From: Callorhinchus milii
Lineage: Eukaryota
Direction: 5' to 3'
Assembly (NCBI RefSeq): GCF_018977255.1
Contig: NW_024704743.1
Coordinates: forward strand, 79,858,001-79,922,000
Length of the DNA stretch: 64,000 nt
Shown: one piece after another, positions 35,986-48,917 of the stretch
Numbering within the stretch: the stretch's first letter is position 1
Layout: each line of letters opens with the position of its first letter
Notes under the pieces: model-generated
Told to the model about the DNA's origin: nothing
Database searches by the model: none
What the model saw: the letters and a program-made list of their open reading frames with translations, nothing else
Made by a program: the position numbers and the translations under genes

Positions 35986-38750
35986 AACAAGATTACATTT
36001 GTATAGCGCCTTTCATGTCGGGAGGACGTCCCAAGGCGCTGGACAGTGTACAGCATTGCAGATCCGTGCTGGGATCAGGGGTGTAAGGGAGTGGAGGGGA
36101 AGGGGGGTGGTGGATAGCATGGTCGAAGAGGAGGGTCTTGAGGCGGGACTTGAAGGAGGCTAATGAGTGGGGTAGTGGAGTGACTGGGGGATGGAATTCC
36201 CGAGATTGGGGGCAGAGTGGCTGAAGGCTCTCCCGCCAATGGTGGGGCGGCTGGGTCAGGGAACGTGGAGCAGGCCAGAGCCGGCTGAGCGGAGGAAACG
36301 GACGGGTTGGTAGGGGGTTTGGAGGTCACAAAGGTAGGGTGGGGCGAGACCATGGACGGCTTTGTATGTAAGGACCAGAATCTTGAACTGGATCCTCTGA
36401 CAACAACAACAACAACAACAAGATTCCATTTATAAAGCGCCTTTCACGTCAGGAGGACGTCCCAAGGCGCTGCACAGTTGGGTCATGACCCGAGCAGGGG
36501 GGAAATGGTCAGGGTGAGGGGAGGGAAGGGAGGGAGCGAGGAGGGGGAAGAGAGTCGAGAGGGGAGCTGAAGGCTCGGTCAAAGAGAAAGGTTTTGAGAC
36601 CGGCCTTGAAGGAGGAAAGGGAGGAAGCGGCGAAGGCACTGGGGGATAGAGTTCCAGAGCCTGGGGCTGAGAGGCTGAAGGCCCGACCACCGATGGTAGG
36701 GCGGTTGGGGCGGGGGACGTGGAGCAGACCGGAGCCAGAGGAACGGAGGGTACGGGCAGGTAGGTAGGGGGATAGTAGGTTGGAGAGGTAGGAGGGAGCA
36801 AGGCCGTGAATGGCCTTGTAGGTGAGGATGAGGATCTTGAATTCGATCCTCTGGGGGATGGGGAGCCAGTGGAGGCGAGCGAGGGTGGGAGTGATGTGGT
36901 CCCGAAGCCTGGTGCGGGACAGTACACGAGCTGCAGAGTTCTGAATGACCTGCAGCTTGTGGAGGGAGGTGGCGGGAAGGCCGACGAGGAGAGAGTTCCC
37001 ATAGTCCAGCCTTGAGGTGACAAAGGCGTGAACCAGAGTTTCAGCAGCGTGAGGGGTGAGGTAATGCCGTAGTCTGGCGATGTTCCGGAGGTGATGGAAG
37101 GCGGTGCCAGTTGTGGTGCGGATGTGAGGGAGAAAGGACAGCTCAAGGTCGAACAAAACGCCGAGGTTCCTGACTGGCTTTGAGAGGTGGAGAGTGCAGC
37201 CTTGGATGCTGATGGTGTCAGCGCCTGAGGTGCGGAGGCGCTGACGTGAGCCAATCAGGAGGGCCTCGGTTTTTCGCACGTTGAGCTGAAGAAAGTTGTC
37301 TCTCGTCCAGGACTCGATGTCGGACAGGCAGGCTGTCAGGACATCGGTGGTCGTGGAGTTGAGAGTAGAGGAGGAAAGGTAGAGTTGAGTGTCATCCGCA
37401 TACATGTGGAAGTTAACTCCATGTCTGCGGATGATGTCACCAAGGGGGAGCATGTAGAGGGTGAAGAGGAGGGGACCAAGGACAGAGCCCTGAGGGACAC
37501 CACATGAGACAGTGCGGGGGGTGGAGGAGAAGCCATTCGTCGAGAATGTCGAGAATCACTGACGGATAGGAAGCCATTGGTGTCGGGCGAGAGTGGGGGA
37601 GATGGGGTCCCGGAGTTTAGTGCGGAAGAGGACACGGGCTGCAGAGTTCTGGGTTATCTGCAGCCTGTGGAGGGAGGAGTTGGGAAGGCTGACAAGCATA
37701 GTCGAGCCTGGAGGTGATGAAGGCATGAACAAGAGTTTCAGCGGCCTGAGGGGTGAGATAGTGGCGGAGTCAGGTGATGTTACGGAGGTGAGAGAAGGCA
37801 CAGTGGGTCATGGCTTAAATGTGTGGGAGAAAAGACAGTTGAGGGTCGAACAAGACACCTCGGTTCCTGACTGACTTGGTGAGTTGTAGTGAGCGACCAT
37901 GGAGGTTGATGTTGCCAAAGCTGAGGTGCTGAAGCGCTGGCGCGAGTCAATCAGAAGGACCTCAGTCTTGTTCATATTCAACTGTAGGAAATTTGCACTC
38001 ATCCAGGACTTGATGTCCGACAGTAAGTCTGTCAGGACAGCAGTGGTCCTGGAGCTGAGGGTGGAGGCGGAAAGATATGTCATCCGCATGCATGTGGAAG
38101 TTGACCCCATGTCTGTGGATGATGTCACCAAGGGGGAGCATGTAGATATTAAAGAGGAGAGGGCCAAGGACAGAGTCCTGGGGGACGCCAGATGTGGCAG
38201 AGTGGGAGCTGGAGGAGAAACCGTTAGAGGCAATGAACTGGATGTGGTGAGAGAGATAGTAATCGAACCAGGCAAGGGCACATACGTGAAGATTAAGTAA
38301 AGCGGAGAGGCGGTGTATGAGGATGGAGTGGTCGACAGTGTCAAAGGCGGCAGAGAGGTCGAGGAGGACAAGGAGGCAGAGGGAGCCCTGATCACAGATG
38401 TTCAGAATGTCATTGGTGACTTTGACCAGGGCTGTTTCCGTGCTATGGGCAGTGCGGAAGCCGACTGGAGGGGTTCAAAGAGGGAATGGCAAGAGAGAAA
38501 GGAGCAGAGCTGGGACACGACGACTCATTGCAGGACCTTGGAGAGGAATGGGAGGTTAGAGATGGGGCAGTAGCTGGTTAGGAGGGATGGATCCAGGGAA
38601 GGTTTTTTCAGGATGGGGGTGATGACGGCTGGTTTTAGTGGGGTGGGAACTGAACCGGTGAACAGGGAGAGGTTGATGACATCGGACAGGAGGGGGCTAG
38701 AAGGTGGAGCTGAGAGATGAGGAGAGAGGTGGGGATGAGATCGAGGGAGC
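35986..38750 (-). mobile_element. older L2 LINE (parts 35986-36401 and 37559-38750), frameshifted RT, interrupted by a younger L2
   Basis: PISNLPFLSKVL and DLSAAFDTVDH-like motifs; halves rejoin at atcctctgac|ggataggaagcca. Confidence 0.92.
36402..37547 (-). mobile_element. young 5'-truncated L2 LINE (family A) with open RT/C-terminal frame
   Basis: ORF 36509-37453 with [10 protein letters not shown], in-frame upstream [13 protein letters not shown], tail hairpin plus (TTG)n; CTGAC TSD at 36397-36401 and 37559-37563. Confidence 0.97.
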
Positions 38751-40227
38751 AGGTGGTGGGTTTGAGTTTGCGGACAGTCATGGACATTAAGGACCAAACT
38801 AAATCTTTCTCCCTTCCTGATGGTAAATTTGGATGAAGAAGGAATATTGGTCAGAATGAATCCTGCTCTCAGTATTACTACAGGAACTGAACATCCATCT
38901 GAACCAGCAGATGAGACTTCACTTTAAGACCTGATCCAAAAGACTGCATCCCTGATGTTGCTTACGAAACAGTCAATGCACTTTACACTAAATCCTATCA
39001 AGCACTTTGGGACATCCTCCTAACATGAAAAATGCTATATCAAATGCAAGGATATTTATTATTATTCAAATAATAATATGCTGATTTATTTATGAAGAGT
39101 TACACAAGGGTATTTAGAAACATTATGAGTAGAGCAGATGCAGAGGGAAACAAATTATTTCGGCCTTTTAACTGTTAGATAAACACCTCACCACTAACCC
39201 GAATTGCGAGAGCAGCTGGAGGTGTAATTGATCACCGATGACCGTGACCAGAGGGCATGGAGAGATCCTCCTTTTAAAAGAGAAGACTGAATGAATAAAC
39301 GGCATCGTTTCAACTATTAAACACTTAATGACTGTGGGAACATTTGCACCAAAATCCAAAAGTCAAACACAACAAACACGGGAAATTCTGCCCATCCCAA
39401 ACATTACAGCAGCTTTCCAATGTGCTGCAAGTTTGTGCATCCTACTCACAAACCGGTTTCTATTTCACAAATAACATAGCGAGCGTGCCAATACTTCTGT
39501 CACTCAAACCTAATTTTTTTTTAAGGGGGGCTGGAAATTATTTCTAAACAGAGGACTGACTGGTCAAATTAATTTTCCTTAAAACTAGTGAATGTTGCAT
39601 ACCAACAGATGATTGAAGTGTTTTGCAAAATAGTACTAATGCAATCTAAAGTTACTTTCTGTATGTTTACTTATGAAATAGAAACAGGCAGTGGTAGGAT
39701 ACACATACAGGTTGTTGTGCAATGCTCAATTGGATGGTCTGACATGACATGAAGCAAAGATTTAGTTATAGAGTTGATAAACGCTTCCTTCACACTGCAA
39801 GAGGCAATGGGACTTTCTATTGTAGCCTTACCAATACATCTCATTTTGCATTTGTTATAAAGCCACACAGGTTTCATATGTATACAATTTAGACTTGTTA
39901 CAGTCTACACAGTTTAGCAAGTGGCTGCGTATCATCACTTTAGCAAAAAATATCTGCCTCTTTAAATTAAGATTTTCCAGTTTACTTATTGCCTTCAGAC
40001 ACAATATAGAATTATAACACATTCAAATTCAAGTCATTATTATCTTTAGGGTAGGATTTGTGAAAGTGAACTGATATAAATCATCACCATTAGCTCAGAG
40101 GTAAGGAATGCTGTGGTTGGCAATATGCAGAACAAAGTGGCATTTATGAGCAAGGATTCACTTTTAGGAGGTACTTCCCCTCAGTGACAAAAATGTAAAA
40201 GCCTCCGATACGGATTGTATTTCAAAG

Positions 40228-40475
40228 GGCATTGGAATTGGCCTCTGGGCTAGGGAATGGTTTTAAAAAAATTCAGCAACGGTTCGTACCCTTCTAAACA
40301 CATTCTAGTGAAAGCGTGCATACGTAGATGTGACAGGACAACGAACCGAGCTTGGCCGTGATATCTTCCACAGTTGAAGAGCCAAGTACGTGCTCGTCTA
40401 GACTCACATGGGATGTAAAACCAGTTGGGTGAGATACCCGAGCGTGACTGCTTGTGGTTTCAAGAAAGAAGGCGA
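40228..40475 (+). mobile_element. SINE family C
   Basis: aattggcctctgggctaggg...gagcttggccgtgat...gtctagactcaca. Confidence 0.6.
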
Positions 40476-41579
40476 AAACAAGCCAATTGTAAAACGTAGC
40501 CTTTTATAACTCATGAAAATTGCCATACGGTCATTATGAGACACTGCAGCTTTTAACGTTACATAATCACATTTGATAACTTATTCAATTGGGTGTGTGC
40601 CCAACCAAATCTCAACTAATCTGATTACTTTTTTTTAAAAAAAAAACAATCGGTAGTACTGGAAGAGCTTGAAGTCTGGTTTCTGGTTCATTTGAGTCCA
40701 ACTAATTGGTAAGAATACAAATTAATAATCAGGAGCACCATAAGAAAGTCATGCCCTGTCTATCAGCGAACACTTGGCTTGGGATGGACAGAGACCACAA
40801 ACAAACAACAAAAGTTTTGACCCCCTCAAAGAGCTGGAAAGATGCATGCTACAAGTTAATCAACAACTTTGTTCCACGAATATTAAAATATAAACAAGTG
40901 CTTCTGCATGAGCTGTGTGGCTCGATTCACCATATGGTGATTCACTCCAACATTTAATTTGAAATCGGTTTTGTACCGATTTAAAAACACAATTTCAAAG
41001 GAAAAAGGAACCACCATTTCGGCCTAGAGCAGAGTGAGCTTAGTGGCATCAACATATTTTCCAAATAAGCGCCTACCAAATTCCACGTGCAATAGAATTT
41101 AAAAATTAATTCCCTTAATTGGGATGTAAAACAAGGACCTTTTTATCGGCCTCATGTAGTTAGTTATACAACTAACGCCAACATGCATTTCTCGTCTTGA
41201 TTTGTGATGTTCTTAACAGACTACAATCCTCAAATTATGCAATTAAAAGGTTTCATTACCCAGCCTTCAATAAAAAGCTGACCTACAACCTACAAAAAAT
41301 ATCCTAATTGAAAGTGGAATAACACCACAATGGAATATTTGAGTTTCAAAGGTCCTGCACCAACCCCTCCATTTGGCTTCAATAACATTTGTTGGGTTTA
41401 ATTTACGGTAATTTACTTCGTACCGCCCCTCCCACAGCTTCAAAATGCAGACAACACAGAACATTTGGCTGTGTTCCGGGCAATCACCTTTGAAGGCATC
41501 TCCAGCCCACATTTGGGTAGCAGTCATTGACACATACTATTTCCGCCTCACATATGTGGCCAATTATTTTTATTCATCC

Positions 41580-41619
41580 AGTGCCTCGGTTTACAGCATG
41601 TGCTGTAAACCGAGGCACT
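41580..41619. repeat. perfect 19-bp-arm inverted repeat with 2-nt spacer
   Basis: agtgcctcggtttacagca TG tgctgtaaaccgaggcact. Confidence 0.97.
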
Positions 41620-41930
41620 TTCCACACCCACATTTTATATGTTGTCAAAAAAAAGTTTTTTTTAAAAGAATACCTCAACACAAACGGAATTTCCTGAGGA
41701 AACTACATAAGTGTCAAAAACAAAAATAACGCATTATCGCGTAAGAGTACTATTCAGTCTTTCTATTAGCTTTAAAAACTGAGGACAAAGTTAAAGAAAA
41801 AAAAAGCACATCTTTACCCAGTCACAAATTTCTTCTAGGAGCCTCCCCTAAATGGCCTTGATGGTGAATGCACCCACCATGAGCATCTTCAAAGATAGGA
41901 ATGCACTCTGAGCGTATCAGCAAATGTAAT

Positions 41931-42248
41931 ACAACAACAAAAACAAAATTACATTTATAGAGCACCTTTCACATAGTGAGGATGTCCCAAAGCACTGAAC
42001 AGTCAGGGGTCGGGGCCCAAGCATGGGGAAGGGGTGATGTAGGTAGGGGTGAGGGAAGGCAGAGAAGTGGGAGGGCGACCAAAGGCACGATCAAAGAGAA
42101 GGGATCTTGAGACTGGCTTTGATGGAGGCAAGGGAGGAAGCGAGACGAAGGGACCATGGGATAGAGTTCCAGAGTGTGGGTCAGAGAGGCTGAAAGCCCG
42201 GCCACCGATGGTAGGGCGGATCGGGCGGGAGACATGGAGCAGACCGTA
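41931..42248 (-). mobile_element. L2 3' end (family A variant)
   Basis: acaacaac tail, hairpin remnant, highly similar to 50342-50600. Confidence 0.9.
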
Positions 42249-42319
42249 GCTGATATAGTAATGAACTTCGCACCCTCCCTCTCACAGCTCTGAAATGCAG
42301 ACAACAAAGAACATTTGGC

Positions 42320-42712
42320 CTGGCTCACTTGGAAACACTCTCACCTTTGAGTCAGAAGACTAAAAGTTCAAATCTACATTGGGATTTTCAGCTCAGTCTA
42401 GGCTGACACTCCAGTGCAGTGATGGGGGTGTTCTTCTTTGTGAGATTTGCCATCCTAACAATGAGGCATTAAAACTGAGGTTCTGTCCACCAGTAAGAAT
42501 CACGGCACTATTAGAAATAAAGAGAACGTCACCACAGTGATGTCAACAACCCCTCAGATAAAATCCCTATTCACTTCATGGCTGCTTGTGGGACAATGCT
42601 GTGAGCAAATTGGCTACTGCCTACAAATACAGGTATTACACTTGTATATATATCCTGTGAAGCACTTTAAGATGCTATAATGACACTTTATCGAATGCAA
42701 GAATTATTATCA
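42320..42712 (+). mobile_element. SacSINE1-like Deu SINE
   Basis: ctctcacctttgagtcagaag head, tctaggctgacactccagtgcag, core, tail. Confidence 0.85.
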
Positions 42713-44045
42713 TAAACATTATGCAACATCATCAAGCTGACCATGCCAGGCATGTCCGGATGTCATGTAAAAGCTTTCAATATGGCTTTTACAGCCATGG
42801 AAGTGCTATATAATGTTAACCAAATAGAAGACACTTTCACATCAGACTGATGCTACCACAGTTCACTGCCCTTCAACATCCTTCCCCTTCTTTTCGTCAT
42901 ATTTCAAGTTCAAATCAGAAACAATGGAACATACAAGCACAAGTTTGAAGACATCAGAATCAGCTGAAATAAGAAAATGTTCAGCAAACCCGATGGTGTT
43001 TTGATCAACTGCATGAAGGCCCTAGATTTAATCACTGGTCTTTGCTTTGTAAGACAATATTTTGGGTCTCATTATCTCTGGTCTAGAGAAGAGGAGGAAG
43101 TAAAAAACCAATATTCAGGAGAGGAAGAGCCAGAAAAATGAGGAAGGAAAAAAGTATAACGTGCAGTGCTCAGTGAGTTTACAATACAGCACACTGACAG
43201 TGATTCTTAAGCATTTTTCTAGCTTCTACTAGGGACGCAAATCACTCATATTAAGGGAGGGTGCATCAGTAATGGAACAGAAAAGGGGCACGATAAACAA
43301 GAACCAATTAAAGAAACTAAAGTTCTATTCTGCAGAGGAGCGCTGATCATGACAGAAGCACCGCTGGAAGATTCTGAAGCTGTGACTTAACATCAAAGAG
43401 AACAGGAGTTTCTCCCACTTTGAGCTTCCTTCCACACCCCAGATTGAGTGGAAGAGAATGGGGAAGCAACCTCAGTGACGTCGCTGGTTTATTTAACTCA
43501 CTGATATCAACGCACCACACCATAGGTACTTTGCTGATTGGTTGGTACCAATATTCTACAGTCTAGTAGGGGTGGAGGATTAAATAATATATGTATAAAT
43601 AAAGTACTCTTAGAGCCTGCCAGAATCAGTGAAAAAAGACTGTATAACTGATGCTCGAGGGTAATAAAAGTCACATCTAACCCCCCCTTTGCATATTCCC
43701 TACATTCATAGTCTCAAATTGCATCAATTCAGCTCCAGTTGTCATTGGAAACAGTATATTGCTGCACGTTAAGGACAACACTTCCACTATCTTACGTAAC
43801 GTGGCTGCACGCAGATTACAGCATGTTCGGGATCTGGCAAACCAGACATATTACAAGAGTGGAGATAGGGCAGAGTCTGGAAGTACCTCGTCAGCTTTGG
43901 CTTTTACGTTAGAATGTTACTCCCAAGTCGGAGAGCAGAGTACCAGAAAATAATAAACATAAAAGGAATTAAAAAAAACTTTGTTATAGTTATAAATAGG
44001 GCTGCTGATTTTTAATTTTTTAAAATTAATTTTCAACATACAATA

Positions 44046-44300
44046 TAATAATTCTTGTATTTGATATAGCACCTTTCACGTCAGGAAGACATCTCAAAGT
44101 GCATTCACAGAATTTACTGTAAAGTGCAGTGACTGAATTTTGTAGGCAAACAGCCATGAAGTGAATGACCAATTTTATTTGGGGATTGTTAGTCAGGACA
44201 CCAGAAGAAACTCCCTTCTCTTTTTGAACAGTGCCCTGGAATCTTTAATGTCCACTTGAACAGACAGTCAGGATCTCAGTTTAATGTCTCAATCAAATGA
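44046..44300 (-). mobile_element. Deu SINE fragment
   Basis: cacctttcacgtcaggaagacatctcaaag tail; aatctttaatgtccacttgaac. Confidence 0.8.
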
Positions 44301-45454
44301 CGAAGCAGCATTTAAGTACATCAACATTTATTTTACTTTCCTCGGATAATTCGCACTTGTTGACTACAAGGATGGCCAACATCCAAATCGTAAAGTTGCA
44401 ATGGGTGTCACTTTCTGCTCGCTGTGCATGTGCGACAACAATTTTATTATATTTGTCTGGCTTCAGTTTTATCCATTGTCCTCTGTAACTTTCCTATTTC
44501 AAGGGCTACCAATTTCTGCTGCAACCAGCATTGCATTTCCTTTGGCCCACTTTTATGTGTAAAAAAATGCACTCCTCTGCAGAACAGATTGGCCCGGAAC
44601 AGACAATGTGCAAACAGGGATTTTGCTGCTCAGTCTTGTACACAAGAAGCAAATTAATATCAACAATTTCACCAGTTTCATTTTCTATTTGCAACAATTT
44701 AGATACGTACTAAGAAATATATATCATACACACGATACAGAATCCAAAGAACAGAAAAATATAAAAATTACCAGTCTTGAGATACGGTTCCAACGGCAAG
44801 TTCGTTAAAACAAGGTAGTTATTCTCTCGCCTGTCTCCAGAATCTAAAGGTGAAACTAATTTAAATGGCATATAACATGCAAAGGTTAAGTAAAAATGAG
44901 TGTGGTATAATAAAACCGTAGTGTTTTCAAGAGACAACGGCATACAGTTGAATGTGCCCATGAGGTAGGTATCTGCGAGAGATTAAGTCATGCAGGAAAT
45001 TATGTAAGTGACGCTGCATTCACATAGCGCATAGGAAGTAACAACAACAACAACTTGCATTTATGTAGTGCCCTTCATGTAGCGCCGTCTCGTAAAGTCT
45101 TACGACCTAAAACATCAGCCATCTTTGTAAGTTCAATCAATATAAAAAAGACCAAAGCAAAAGATGATTTTTAACAATGGGAATTCATTTTCCCCAAAAT
45201 GAGAGAAAATTGGAAAACCCAGTGAATACTGATTTTTACTGATTAACATTAGAAACAGTAAGCTCGACTGTAAACAGCTGCCCACCATTCATTGAATGGA
45301 TTAGTCCAGAGGTCAGCGGTCAAGCTTTTGAGGAACCGAGAATACGTATTTTCAAGCACAGAAACAGTCCACATCCGCTTTCACAAGCAAGTCCATCAGA
45401 ACCAGTTGAGGTAAAGGCTGCTGAGGTTTTCAGTCATTTTCTGGCTCACAGACC

Positions 45455-45808
45455 AGGCAAACACTTCAGTGCAGTGCTGAGAGCACTGCATTGCCAGAAG
45501 AGTCAACTTTAAGATGAGACGTTAAATTAAGATTCTGTCTGCCTGTTCAGGTATACAATATAACTATCCTTGATATAGCACGTCATTACATAATCAAGAT
45601 GTCTTTGCCCTGGCCATCAATTTCCCCAAATTGGTTGTTCACTTTATGACTGTCTGTGGGACATTGTTGCATACAAAGTGGCTGCAACCTTCTCAACAAA
45701 TACCCAAACCCTACACTTCACAGTAAAATTCAGTGAAATGCTTTGAGGAGTTTCAACGACATGATAAGGTGCCATATCAAATGCAAAACCTATTACTATT
45801 ATTATTAT
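45455..45808 (+). mobile_element. Deu SINE fragment
   Basis: cagtgcagtgctgag...gatgagacgttaaa...gtgggacattg...tattattat. Confidence 0.8.
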
Positions 45809-46149
45809 GCATTGCTCCTAGGGGGGGGGGGTTAGTAAGGGAGTTGTAAACCGAGGTGAGGTAGAGGACCTGCTACAAAGGTTTCTGGCAACAATGTTCT
45901 TGTAAGAATCTCAGGACATTGGGCAGGTTCGCTTTCTCTCCTCCCTCATCACTTCAACTACACTAGACAAAAGTCGCTTTGAGACACGAGTTGATATAGT
46001 AGCAGCATATCACATACAAGGGTGATTATTATTATTACCAACCCCCCAATCGTCTGGCTAAGAATTAAGTATGTGTCGTGCAAAAACATCACAGGAGCAA
46101 ACGTGATCTGTCCCAGGGCAAGAGAGAATTGTAAGTAAAGAGAACAATT

Positions 46150-46353
46150 AAATCTGAAATTAAAACAAGAAAAGTACTGAAAGCAACTGAAAAGAGGAAG
46201 ATTGCACCACTACTTCAGATAACGTTTCACTGGAATTCGGAACTCCCACTTCCAATGAAGGGTTGCACCCAAAGCATTAGCTATCTTTCTCTTTCAGATG
46301 CTGATCAACCTACTGCCGTCTTCAAGATTGTTCAGGTTTTGTATTTGAGAATT
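46150..46353. mobile_element. decayed Penelope-like terminal repeat remnant with degenerate hammerhead
   Basis: ccaatgaagggttgcacccaaagcatt followed by tttctctttcagatgctgatcaacctactg; partial inverted copy upstream (aacgtttc). Confidence 0.5.
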
Positions 46354-47429
46354 CCCTAATTAGTGTCCACAGTCGCTTTGCACAGAGCAATCTCACACAA
46401 GTGCTCTTTGTATGTAAGGCAAAGGGAGAAACAATTTGCATTTAGATAATGAGAAGAGATTGCACAGACTTCAACTAATCAGAACGGTAAACGGGAAAAC
46501 ATTTCCAATTGAAAACAACTACCAGAACCATTTAGAACTAGACTCAACCATTCGGATACAGCAGACCTGTTTTTAATTCTCCCAGCTAAAATTAAAGCGG
46601 AAACAGAGATAAGGTCTTTTGCAATATAAAAATCTCTTAATATATTAGCAATAAATCACCAATTTGAATAAGCAAATAATATTTCTCGCTTTGGGAAAAG
46701 TTTTGTGGCTTCAATATAATGGCCACATTCCATTTCAAAACACACTATTATAATGCAATCGTCTGGTCCCATAAAATCCAGACCTTTCTTTATAACACAT
46801 TATGTTTATAGAGGCCATCGGGTCGTCAGGTCGCCGATGAAATTACAGTTGATGTCATTGAACTGTGCTGTGCACGGTAAGCCAGCAAACTCTCTTTCAA
46901 GTACTGCCATTGGTTGCTGGTTCGATCCGCCAATCGACTAACAACCAGGTTTCTTCTTTCTGCTGGGTAAACATCGTGGATTAAGATTGAGAAGAGAGAG
47001 AGAGATTTTGCCCTCTGTGCAGAAAAGGACTACAAAGGATTTGACGTTAGACAACATTATATTTCAATTTGATTCATTTGGAATTTGACAAAAAAAATCT
47101 GTTGAATTTTGCTGCGTGTTACAAAGAAATTTCAAGAGTGAAAAGAGAGTTTTAGTGCTCCGTAACATAACTGGTCAGCCACAAGCTTCTTGGACCCTGG
47201 CTCGAATGGTGGACTCACACTGTACAAATCTGGTTTGACAACACTGGACTAGTATAGACAGTTCAACCCCTGTTATACATTATTCAGTATAATGTGGTTC
47301 TGCATATAACGTGGGGGCATTATGGATCCACATTGTACTGAAAAGTTGGTACACTTCTGATGCTGACTCGCTGGCTTCCTACTCGTAACATGCAACTCAA
47401 TACGGACTCCCATCGCCCCGCCAACCAAA

Positions 47430-47595
47430 TCACTCAATCCACGACTGTTTGTGGGACACTGCTCTGCGCAATTGGCTGCCACACTTTGTCTACAAAATAT
47501 AGTCACTCCACTTTACAGTATATTGTATGAAGCGCTTTGAGACCCCTTAACAACGTGTTAAGGCGCTATATCAAATTCAAGGTTTATATTGTTAT
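47430..47595 (+). mobile_element. SINE 3' fragment
   Basis: gactgtttgtgggacactgctctgcgcaattggctgcc...aaggcgctatatcaaa. Confidence 0.85.
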
Positions 47596-48599
47596 GTTTT
47601 TCTGTGTTTGTCGATGACAGCAAACTGATTCACATAATACTCTTGAAAACAATGCAATTTTTCAATTTCTGACCAATTTTGCTTCTTTACAAGACATTAC
47701 TCTCAATGTTAGATTCAATAGTTTCTCAGAAGCAGCTGCAGTTTCTTTGGAATTGACATGCACACCAGCTATCTGTGCTTCTCTGATGAATTTGAGGATG
47801 GCAATTATACCAAGGATAGGACAGATTGCCTGATTGAATCTGGCCACATCCAATTACAGACACCCAGAGAAACTCTTCTTTTTTCTCTGGAGCGTGCAGT
47901 TTGGTCAGAAGCAGGGAACGTACTATCCTAAAACCTGGCACTAACCCAACACATGGTTGGAATTGTCCATCAGATTTTAGCTCAGTTTGTCAAATACCAA
48001 TATGAACAGGGTGTTAAACTTCCAACTGGCTGATAACAGAACAAAACTGTCACTGTTGCCTGGTTAATTTATAGACTGGTTAATGTGTACACTGACCTGT
48101 GATTAAAATGTAGATGAATGGAGATGCCATTCAGTCACATTTCTGAGCAAATTGCCATCTTCGCCCAGAAACACAGTCACTGCACTTTACAGTATATTCT
48201 GTGTGGTGTTTCACAAAGTCTTCGACATGAAAGGCGCTATATAAAACTGAAGGATTATTATTAATGATTATTATCGTTTGAGTAATGAAAGGCTTTCAAA
48301 ATGCACGTCTCATTTATTTTACATAGAACTTGCAATTTCAAAGTATACTGCTCCCAGAAACCTATGAACTGATTATATAGAAGATCAAAGTTCCAGTCTA
48401 CATTGCAATCTTGATGCAAAAAAATTCACTATACCCACAAAGAGTTAAACCTGCAAACATTAGGGGCCTTGGAGGAGTCTTGCATAGTTAGTGTATTACA
48501 GTGCGCCAACAATAATTCTTGCATTTGAAGAGCACCTACAACGTCAAAAGATCTCAAAGCACTTCACGTGCAATTGCTGTAAAGTGCAATCATTAAGAG

Positions 48600-48830
48600 T
48601 TTTTTTTGGTCAGCTGGGTGTCTGCCACATCCGAAAACCCAATACCATGGTTAAGAGTATCCAAACCAAAATGGTCTGTCATCAGCAGTGTCCTGAAGTA
48701 CTGTCGACCCACAGGCTTCCAATCAGGAGTTGGACTACCACAGTGGGTTGACTTGTTTCTAATATTCTGTTGCCAAGCATGTCACCTTGGAGCCAGTTTA
48801 GCTCCAAAGAAACCCTGCTTAAGACCTCAC
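48600..48830 (-). mobile_element. repeat X, internally deleted, with A tail
   Basis: reverse complement joins the ctccaaggtgac...cactgctgatgacag 5' part to the gtggcagacacccagctgaccaaaaaaa end. Confidence 0.8.
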
Positions 48831-48917
48831 ACCCTCAAATGCTTTCTATATTTTCGACAAGTCACAATTACCCAGGGATATTTTAGCTTCTTGACTGAAG
48901 CATTGGACTGCATTGAC

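Noticed and set aside
36509..37453. 314-aa RT ORF as a domesticated gene
   Set aside because: 5'-truncated L2 with TSD and (TTG)n tail, no EN domain or promoter; openness is explained by youth
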